Of a DNA stretch of 64,000 bases, positions 50,076 to 57,275 are shown piece by piece. The notes below the pieces were generated by a model. The model saw nothing but the letters and a program-made list of their open reading frames with translations. It was not told where the DNA came from and did not search any database. Source of the stretch: Oscillospiraceae bacterium (GTDB lineage: Bacteria; Bacillota; Clostridia; Oscillospirales; Acutalibacteraceae). Within the stretch, counting starts at the first letter, position 1, and the number at the start of each line of letters is the position of its first letter. Position numbers and translations under genes: made by a program. The DNA is taken from the NCBI GenBank assembly GCA_902792905.1, contig CADBBH010000004.1, forward strand, positions 61,908-125,907. Direction: 5' to 3'.

Positions 50076-50510
50076 ATGGCAAGAGTAGTTGCGATAAATA
50101 TCAGCGAAAAAAAGAAAACGCCCAAGAAATCGATTCCCGAGGGCAAACTCATAAAAGATTTCGGCTTTGAGGGAGATGCCCACGCCGGCAAATGGCACCG
50201 GCAGGTGAGTCTGCTCGCGAAAGAGAGCATTGAGAAAGCGCAGGGCATGCGCACAGACGGCCTTTGCCACGGGATGTTTGCTGAGAATATCACCACGGAG
50301 GGAATCGAGCTTTACACCCTGCCCGTCGGCACAAAGCTTAAAATCGGCAATGAGGCAGTAATCGAAGTGACACAGATTGGCAAAGAATGCCACGACGGCT
50401 GTGCAATAAGAGAACTCGTCGGCCAGTGCATTATGCCCAGAGAAGGTATTTTCGGCATTGTCCTCGAAGGCGGCACAGTCAAAGAAAACGACGAAATAAC
50501 CGTTATTTAG
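50076..50510 (+). CDS. MOSC-domain protein
   Basis: GDAHAGKWHRQVSLL, FAENITT, TQIGKECH..C..CIMPREGIF. Confidence 0.92.
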   Translation: MARVVAINISEKKKTPKKSIPEGKLIKDFGFEGDAHAGKWHRQVSLLAKESIEKAQGMRTDGLCHGMFAENITTEGIELYTLPVGTKLKIGNEAVIEVTQIGKECHDGCAIRELVGQCIMPREGIFGIVLEGGTVKENDEITVI

Positions 50511-50545
50511 TTAATAACCGATTTCTGCAGAAAGGAGTGAAACAA

Positions 50546-51559
50546 ATGAAAAGAGCCAAATCTGCAGGCAGTCTGTCTCTGCCTGTAAAAGCTCTGCTTC
50601 TTTTTTTACCGCTTGCAGCGGTGATTGTTTCACTGTTTTTCGGCAGATATCCCATTTCTTTAAGGGAAGTTGTATTCTCTCTTTTCGGGTCGCAGGATGT
50701 TGCTCTCACTTCGCGTGTCACCGTTCTGCAGCTTCGCCTTCCCAGAGCGATTGCCGCAGCTTTTGTCGGCGCTTCTCTCGCAGTATCGGGTGCGGCGTTT
50801 CAAAGTGTTTTTCGGAATCCGCTTGTCAATTCGGGCATTCTCGGAGTTTCAAACGGAGCAGGTTTCGGCGCGTGCATAGCAATAGTGTTCTTCGGCGGCG
50901 GTATTTTTACTTATATCCTGTCATTCGTGTTTGCGGTTGCCGCGGTGATTCTGAGCTATTTTGCAGGCAGAATATCACGAGTGACCACTTCTGTAACAAT
51001 GATTCTCGGCGGTGTGATTGTCGGTGCGTTTTTCAGTGCGCTCGTATCGATAATGAAATTTGTTGCCGACCCATACAGTCAGCTTCCGTCAATAACCTTT
51101 TGGTTTATGGGAAGCTTCGCTTCTGTGAATTACTCTCATCTTTACGCAACGATACCTATGGGTATCGGGATGCTTTTGATTTTTTTCTCGCGCTGGAAAC
51201 TTAATGTGCTTTCAATGGGAGAAAGAGAAGCGTCGTCTCTGGGAGTTGATGTGCGCAAAGTTCAGATTCTGATTATCGGCGGAGCTACTCTTTGCACAGC
51301 TGCGGCAGTGTGTATCAGCGGTACTATCGGATGGGTCGGACTTGTTATCCCCCATATCGGGCGCATGATAATAGGTAACAGCAATCAGAAACTCATCCCG
51401 GTCAGCATTTCTCTCGGCTCGGCATTTATGGTGATTATGGATTTGCTTTCCCGCACTCTTACCGGCTCCGAAATACCGATAGGTATTCTCTGCGCGCTTA
51501 TAGGGACGCCTTTCTTCGTTTATCTTCTCAAAAAGACGAAGGGAGGATTCAAAACATGA
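50546..51559 (+). CDS. FecCD/BtuC-type ABC permease
   Basis: LRLPRA, FRNPLV, GVSNGA, A.SLGV, GWVGLVIPH, EIPIG. Confidence 0.92.
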   Translation: MKRAKSAGSLSLPVKALLLFLPLAAVIVSLFFGRYPISLREVVFSLFGSQDVALTSRVTVLQLRLPRAIAAAFVGASLAVSGAAFQSVFRNPLVNSGILGVSNGAGFGACIAIVFFGGGIFTYILSFVFAVAAVILSYFAGRISRVTTSVTMILGGVIVGAFFSALVSIMKFVADPYSQLPSITFWFMGSFASVNYSHLYATIPMGIGMLLIFFSRWKLNVLSMGEREASSLGVDVRKVQILIIGGATLCTAAAVCISGTIGWVGLVIPHIGRMIIGNSNQKLIPVSISLGSAFMVIMDLLSRTLTGSEIPIGILCALIGTPFFVYLLKKTKGGFKT

Positions 51560-52374
51560 TTTTACAGATTGATAACCTTTCTTTTTCGTATGATAATACT
51601 CCTCTGATTTCCGGAGCGTCACTTTCAGCAGATAAAGGTGAAATAATTTGCCTACTCGGACCAAACGGCAGCGGAAAGACCACTCTTCTTGATTGCATAC
51701 TTGGATTTCACAGAAACTTTTCCGGAAGCATAAAGGTTTGCGAAAAAAACATTCTTACTCTTTCTCGTCCCGAGCTTGCAAAGCTCGTTTCCTATGTTCC
51801 TCAGGTGCACATACCCGCCTTTCCATACACGGTAAGGGAGGTAGTTCTTATGGGCAGAACGGCACAATCCGGAATTTTGGGTGCGCCTTGTGATGAAGAC
51901 TTCGAAATATGTGATTCTTCCATTGCCCGCATCGGCATAGAGAGTTTTGCGGACAAACCATATACCGCGCTGTCCGGAGGTGAGCGGAAACTGGTCCTCC
52001 TTGCGCGTGCGCTGGCGCAGAAAGCGCCCTTGATTGTGCTTGATGAACCGACAAGCTCCCTTGATTTCAAAAACGAGTTCCTGTTTCTCGAAATTCTTAC
52101 GGATCTCGTGTGCAATGACGGCATATCCGCAATTATGGCTACCCACGCCCTTCAGCACCCTCTGTATTTTGAATCGCAGGGTATTGAAACAAAGGCCGTT
52201 ATGCTCTGCAGGCAAGGTGAAATCCGCGTCGGCAGTCCGGGCGAGCTTATTACTCCCAAAACGCTTCTTGAAGTTTACGGCGTTCTTGCCTCAGTTCAGG
52301 AAATACAGGGTAAAGACGGCAAAACCGTCAGAACGATTGCCGTTTTGGGCAATGATATAAAACAAGGAGAATAA
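51556..52374 (+). CDS. FecE-type ABC ATPase
   Basis: GPNGSGKT, YVPQ, LSGGE, LDEPTS. Confidence 0.92.
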   Translation: MILQIDNLSFSYDNTPLISGASLSADKGEIICLLGPNGSGKTTLLDCILGFHRNFSGSIKVCEKNILTLSRPELAKLVSYVPQVHIPAFPYTVREVVLMGRTAQSGILGAPCDEDFEICDSSIARIGIESFADKPYTALSGGERKLVLLARALAQKAPLIVLDEPTSSLDFKNEFLFLEILTDLVCNDGISAIMATHALQHPLYFESQGIETKAVMLCRQGEIRVGSPGELITPKTLLEVYGVLASVQEIQGKDGKTVRTIAVLGNDIKQGE

Positions 52375-52376
52375 TT

Positions 52377-53453
52377 ATGAAACGATTTGCGGCGCTTGTC
52401 GTTTTGCCGATCCTGCTGTTTGTTTCTCTTTGCGGGTGCACTGAAAACATTACGCCGATAAAAGGCAACTTCACAGTTACGGACTCGGTAGGCAGGACCG
52501 TGTCTGTGCCGTCGGATCCGCAATCAATTTGCACTCTCTGCCCTTTTTCCGGTCCTGTAATTGTGATGCTCGGGCTCGGCAGCAAAATCACTTCATTTAC
52601 AAACAACACTGCGAGAAGCAAACTTCTGATGCAGATATGCCCTGCTCTTGAAAACGCCGCAGTAGTCAAAAACAGCGGTTCCGTCAATGCAGAGGAAATT
52701 ATCGCAAGAGATACCGATCTGATAATTATCAATTCCGGCGTTTATTACAGCGATACAGAGCGCAAAAAAATCGAAGCAATCGGGGCACCTTATATCGTAA
52801 TCGATTTTGACACCATAGATGACCAGATTAAGGCTGTCGAGATTCTCGGGAAAGCGCTTCGCAGAGAGCAAAAAGCGCAGGAATACATTACATATTTCAA
52901 ATCTGTAATTGAACGCGCCCAAAAAAGCGCCGTGGGCACTTCAAAAAGGCTATATCATTCGGTAAATGAAGCTGTACGCACGGATTACAAAGGCAGTTAC
53001 TGCGCCGACTGGATTGCTCTGACCGGAGTTGAAAATGTATCGGTTCAAAGCGACCGGCTCACTATAGAAGGCGATAAAGCATATACTACTCTCGAGCAGA
53101 TTTATGTATGGAATCCCGATATAATCATCTGCAATGAGGCGCAGGTAGATGATTACATTCTCAGCGATCCCAAGTGGAAAGGCCTCTCATGTGTTCAAAG
53201 CAAAGAGGTCTATCAGATTCCCATTGGCATAACAAGATGGGGGCACCCTTCAAGTTTTGAAACTCCTCTGGCGATTATGTGGCTGATGGAACTTCTTTAT
53301 CCTGAGAGCTTTGAGGCCGATATGAATAACGAAATTAAGTCATTTTACAAGAGGTTCTTCGATTTTAATGTAACAGATGAGTGGCTTGAAGCGATTGTTG
53401 AAGGTTCAGAAATGCGTGAGCCTAAAACAGGAAACAGGGAGGATGCAGCATGA
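52377..53453 (+). CDS. Class III (helical-backbone) ABC substrate-binding lipoprotein
   Basis: Lipobox LCGC; VTDSVGRTV.VP, NAEEI, EQIYVWNPDII, VYQIP.G..RW. Confidence 0.88.
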   Translation: MKRFAALVVLPILLFVSLCGCTENITPIKGNFTVTDSVGRTVSVPSDPQSICTLCPFSGPVIVMLGLGSKITSFTNNTARSKLLMQICPALENAAVVKNSGSVNAEEIIARDTDLIIINSGVYYSDTERKKIEAIGAPYIVIDFDTIDDQIKAVEILGKALRREQKAQEYITYFKSVIERAQKSAVGTSKRLYHSVNEAVRTDYKGSYCADWIALTGVENVSVQSDRLTIEGDKAYTTLEQIYVWNPDIIICNEAQVDDYILSDPKWKGLSCVQSKEVYQIPIGITRWGHPSSFETPLAIMWLMELLYPESFEADMNNEIKSFYKRFFDFNVTDEWLEAIVEGSEMREPKTGNREDAA

Positions 53454-54184
53454 AATTGTTTGTCTGCATAGATGATACCGATAATTATGACAGCATCGGG
53501 ACCGGCGAACTGCTTGAAAACATGATGGGCGAAGCGGCAATTAAAGGTCTCGCAAAAATCGGCTTCACTGTACGGTATCAGCTTTATATTCACGACGATA
53601 TTCCATACACTTCCCATAACAGTTCAATGTGTTGCACCGCCGAAGTCAAAGACCGTGAAGTCTTCACAGGATTCTGTGAAGATTATCTTGAAAACAATTC
53701 AGCCGAAGGTTCCGACCCGGGTCTGTGTATTCTGACCGACGCTTCTGAAATTGATTATACATCTCTCATTGAATTCGGAAAAAGCGCACAAAGCGAAGTA
53801 CTCACAAAAGAAGCCGCCTGTAAAATGGCAGAAAAATTCGGAAAAGATATTCACCTGAGCGAACACGGCGGAACAGGTTCGGGTATAATCGGGGCGCTCG
53901 CCGGCGCGGCGCTGCGTGCGGGAAAAGAAGAGGGCAGAATCAAGGGAAAACTTCAGCCGCTTTCCGGCAAGACCGATTGGACCGCATCGGAATTCGCCTC
54001 GGTATTCGGAGTTCAGCGCTTTGTCGATGAAGAGGGAAATGAAATAACGGATAATATATCAATAAGATTCGTTCATCCTACAAAACTGCTCTACAGTAAA
54101 GGACTCATAACCTCTGTTATTATAAACGAAGGCGGTCTGCTTATGCTGAAACCGAAAATAAAAAAGAACAGAGAAAAAAGATAA
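53450..54184 (+). CDS. TiaS-like (DUF1743-related) protein lacking tRNA-binding domains
   Basis: VCIDDTD..GTG, IPYTSHNSSMC, SDPGLC, GIIGALAG. Confidence 0.7.
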   Translation: MKLFVCIDDTDNYDSIGTGELLENMMGEAAIKGLAKIGFTVRYQLYIHDDIPYTSHNSSMCCTAEVKDREVFTGFCEDYLENNSAEGSDPGLCILTDASEIDYTSLIEFGKSAQSEVLTKEAACKMAEKFGKDIHLSEHGGTGSGIIGALAGAALRAGKEEGRIKGKLQPLSGKTDWTASEFASVFGVQRFVDEEGNEITDNISIRFVHPTKLLYSKGLITSVIINEGGLLMLKPKIKKNREKR

Positions 54185-54396
54185 TGACAAACTGGACAAT
54201 AAAAGACGGGAAATCAATTTTTACAGGCGGAAAAGATTCATACAAAGCCGCGGTCCAGACAGCGGAAAGCTGCCCTTCATTTTCGGAAGACTGTGAAGAC
54301 GAGCTTTTTTGCAGCGATGCCGTAAGCTGCTATAACTGCCGATATCGCAGATGGACAACAGAAAGCTTTGAATGCATAAAGAGGCGACAAAAATGA
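54184..54396 (+). CDS. Small Cys-rich protein
   Basis: C..F..DCEDE..C....CYNCRYRRWT...FEC; overlaps both neighbours. Confidence 0.75.
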   Translation: MTNWTIKDGKSIFTGGKDSYKAAVQTAESCPSFSEDCEDELFCSDAVSCYNCRYRRWTTESFECIKRRQK

Positions 54397-55238
54397 GATT
54401 TAATAAAAGTTTAATACACATATCGGCGCTTCTTGCCACTGTTTGCTTAATGCTGTGCCTGACGGTTTCCGCATTTGCGGAAGGCGGCAGCGGTGACGGA
54501 AGCGGCGGAGGGAAAGACAAGCCGCTGACTCTTGAATCCTCGAGTATAGCAAACGGGGCGCAAAATGTTCCGGTCAACCCGGAAATTGTGCTCGGCTTTT
54601 CAAAAAACGTTGTAAATATTTCTGTAAAAGAGAATAACAAAAACTGCTTCTCTATGATTGACAGCAAAGGCAATTCGGTTCCTGTTGATATTATTATGGG
54701 CGATGATCAGGTGAATCCCACCCAGGAAATAAAGCGCACGATAACCGTAAAGCCGGCAGTGTCACTTGACCCCGGGGAGACATATCTGCTGAAAATAAGC
54801 GGAGATGTCACAGCCAAGAGCGGAGCGAAAATCGGTAAGGATAATTATATCAGTTTTACCGTAGCAGGTGCGACAACAACCGTAACCTTCACAGTGACAG
54901 CTTCGGAAACTGTTACAAATACCGCTGTATCAACCCGCCCCTACTCTTCGACAAGACTTGTTTCTGAGAAAGCTGTTGCTGTCGCCGATACTTCAAGACT
55001 CCTTGAATCTTCTCCTTCCGATACGGAATCGGAAACCGAAACCGCTGTCTCCGAACAGGAAGAAACAACCACTGAAACAGAATCTGTAACATTTTCGCAG
55101 ACCGATGCGGGCCAAGCAAATGAAAGCGGGCAGACAAACGATATAAAGAAAATCTCGCCTTTACCCTTTATTCTGTCGGTTATGGGAATTGCTGCGATTA
55201 TTGCGGCGATTTTAATAATAAAAAATAAAAAGAAATAA
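54393..55238 (+). CDS. Anchored Ig-like (Big_5) protein with Gly-rich N-terminal motif
   Basis: Signal AFA|EGGSGDGSGGGKDKPL; NGAQNVPVNPEIVLGFS..LDPGETYLLKI; Thr/Ser/Glu stalk; TM + KKK. Confidence 0.8.
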   Translation: MRFNKSLIHISALLATVCLMLCLTVSAFAEGGSGDGSGGGKDKPLTLESSSIANGAQNVPVNPEIVLGFSKNVVNISVKENNKNCFSMIDSKGNSVPVDIIMGDDQVNPTQEIKRTITVKPAVSLDPGETYLLKISGDVTAKSGAKIGKDNYISFTVAGATTTVTFTVTASETVTNTAVSTRPYSSTRLVSEKAVAVADTSRLLESSPSDTESETETAVSEQEETTTETESVTFSQTDAGQANESGQTNDIKKISPLPFILSVMGIAAIIAAILIIKNKKK

Positions 55239-55255
55239 AGAAAGGAAGAAAAACC

Positions 55256-55810
55256 ATGAAAAAAACAACATCAATTCTCAGCATCGTTCTTACTCTTCTT
55301 ATGCTGCTGAATGTAACTTCTTTTGCAGCAGGAGGCAACGGCTCGGGCGGAGGCAACGGCGAAAATCCTCTCTCGGTTGTTTCGGTAACGGCAGGAGGCA
55401 AGAATTTAAGCGAGGCCCCCATCGGTCCCGAAGGCGAAATCACAATTATTTTTGACCGCGGCATGACAGATAACCAGGCGGCAAATTTCGAGCAGATCTG
55501 TTTTACGGACAAAGAGAATAATAAGGTAGAAGGCGTAACCCTCAAGTTCTCTGATTTCCAGAAAAATGACGACGGCAACACTTATACCGTTCTGACTTAT
55601 TCAGGCCTTAAAAACGGAGAATACAATCTGAAGCTCGGCAAAGATCTTAAAGCAAACAATGGCAAAACGCTCGGCGAAGATGCCGTATTTGCCTGCACGG
55701 TTGAAGGCGCTCCCGAAGAGGAGACCAATATCCTTCAGACAATTCTTGCGTTTGTTATGAATATCATCAACACCGTAATCAACTTCATAAAAGGTCTTTT
55801 TGCCCAGTAA
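55256..55810 (+). CDS. Secreted Ig-like (Big_5) protein with Gly-rich N-terminal motif
   Basis: Signal SFA|AGGNGSGGGNGENPL; ITIIFDRG..YNLKLGKDLKANNGKTLG; C-terminal amphipathic helix. Confidence 0.75.
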   Translation: MKKTTSILSIVLTLLMLLNVTSFAAGGNGSGGGNGENPLSVVSVTAGGKNLSEAPIGPEGEITIIFDRGMTDNQAANFEQICFTDKENNKVEGVTLKFSDFQKNDDGNTYTVLTYSGLKNGEYNLKLGKDLKANNGKTLGEDAVFACTVEGAPEEETNILQTILAFVMNIINTVINFIKGLFAQ

Positions 55811-55848
55811 TCCGACTAATTTAACTGTTGTTTAATTAGTCAAGATTC

Positions 55849-55875
55849 ACCGCCCGTTAACCCGGGCGGTTTTAT
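55849..55875 (+). terminator. Terminator at the end of the tup/moa operon
   Basis: ACCGCCCG-TTAACC-CGGGCGGT followed by TTT. Confidence 0.8.
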
Positions 55876-56250
55876 TGCTTTGTTGGGTCGTATTAAACTG
55901 ATTTATAAATATCGGGGTAATTCAGCTGTCACCGACATCATACCGCTTGATTCATGCAAAATTATATTAAATATCAAACATTCTCAACAACCGTATAAAA
56001 AAAGTAAAGACCCGTCAGACTCAAGTCTGACGGGCTTTGTGGTGGAGATGAGGGGAATCGAACCCCTTACCTCTTGAATGCCATCGGCTCTTTATGTGAA
56101 CTGTTTAATAATCCTTAGAACCTTTGTAATTATTGGATTTATAGCTTGTCAATCCACTCAATAAACGACTGAAAACCGCAGAATAATTGCAGTAATACTG
56201 CAATTGATTCTGCAACATTTTTTACCCTGCAGCTCCTGCCCTGCAGGGTA
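55867..56250. repeat. Degenerate direct repeat, copy 2 (att-like junction)
   Basis: Matches 37411-37795 on both sides of the tRNA fragment. Confidence 0.9.
56040..56084 (-). pseudogene. 3' half of tRNA-Ala(GGC) (att core)
   Basis: Reverse complement ATGGCATTCAAGAGGTAAGGGGTTCGATTCCCCTCATCTCCACCA: anticodon loop GGC, T-arm and CCA present; 5' half absent. Confidence 0.85.
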
Positions 56251-56431
56251 TCTTTTCTATTATAATCTCCTTGCTTTTATCTTTAAACTTCATCATTACC
56301 TTTATTAATCTCCCGAAACAGCTTATTATATTCCTTTTGCAGAGTTTGTATGCGCGAGTCGTATTTTCCTTTTTGGCTTGCGGTCTCTTTATCGGCGGCA
56401 AGTTTAACCGAAAGACTTTCGCAGGTTTTGG

Positions 56432-56611
56432 AAGGCAACCGATATCTATGAAATGATATCGGGTACAACGGGAATACTCGGCTGCGCAGACGGAGCAATG
56501 GTTCTCACCAAAGAAAACCGCACCGACAACAACGCCGAACTCTCGATTGTCGGCAGAGATATGCCGGACCAGAAACTGCTGCTTGTGAGAAACACCGAAA
56601 GAGGCGGATGA
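56432..56611 (+). pseudogene. Fragment of an AAA_25/RepA-like helicase typical of clostridial mobile elements
   Basis: Manual translation KATDIYEMISGTTGILGCADGAMVLTKENRTDNNAELSIVGRDMPDQKLLLVRN; no N-terminus. Confidence 0.65.
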
Positions 56612-57062
56612 TTATTCAATCTACACTTTCAACGGCGGCGAAGTTACCCTGGAATCGCTCCGCGCCCTGCCCGGCGAGATGCAAAAAGCGATTCTTGACT
56701 ATCTGCGAGCCTGCCCTCTTTATGAAACAGTCACTGCCGGAGGCAGAGATTATACCCTCGTTCACGCGGGATTTGATAATTTTGAAAAAAGCCGTCCGCT
56801 TTCCGATTACACCGCCGATGAGCTTCTCTTGGCCTGGCCCGAAATAACCGATGAATATTTCGATGATGTTCACACCGTATTCGGCCACACCCCGACAAAA
56901 TGTTTCGGCGAAGAATATGACGGGAAAATTCTCCGCACAAAAACCTGGACCTGCATCGACTGCGGCGCAGCTTACGACAATGAACCGGTTTTACTTAGCT
57001 TTCACTTATACAGACACGCGAAAGTGAAAAAGGTTGGAAAAATTTACGGTTTTTCAATTTGA
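56612..57062 (+). pseudogene. C-terminal fragment of a Ser/Thr protein phosphatase-like metallophosphoesterase
   Basis: NGGEVTL..LVHAG..VFGHTPT..IDCGA; N-terminal DxH/GD/GNH motifs missing. Confidence 0.7.
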
Positions 57063-57193
57063 AAAGCATAGCTTTTGCAGTGAGAAACGGAGTATCTGTT
57101 TAGTGAATTATGCACAAAATAGTGATTGATTTTCGGCATTGATTGACAAAACGCGAGAATATTTTAATTTTGCTTAAATTCTCAATTATTTCA

Positions 57194-57222
57194 TTGACTT
57201 TCAGTATAGTTTTGCATATAAT
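57194..57222 (+). promoter_or_regulatory. sigmaA promoter of the ABC-DUF1854-darA operon
   Basis: TTGACT-N17-TATAAT. Confidence 0.75.
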
Positions 57223-57275
57223 GTGCGCGAAAAAAATAAACCGCTAAATAATGTGTACGTCTCCACAGGAACGGG

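Larger units (their letters stand above)
37580..56084. mobile_element. Genomic island with no integrase, between two tRNA-Ala att-like cores (tungsten/AOR cargo)
   Basis: Directly repeated tRNA 3' fragments about 18.46 kb apart; no recombinase ORF inside. Confidence 0.65.

Noticed and set aside
56040-56084. Functional tRNA-Ala or tmRNA 3' end
   Set aside because: No D-arm or 5' acceptor strand upstream; the TGGCATTCAAG anticodon-arm half fits tRNA-Ala(GGC) rather than tmRNA
56609-56611. TGA read-through (selenocysteine) joining the RepA-like and phosphatase fragments
   Set aside because: The two fragments are in different frames and from unrelated families; a deletion junction is the simpler explanation
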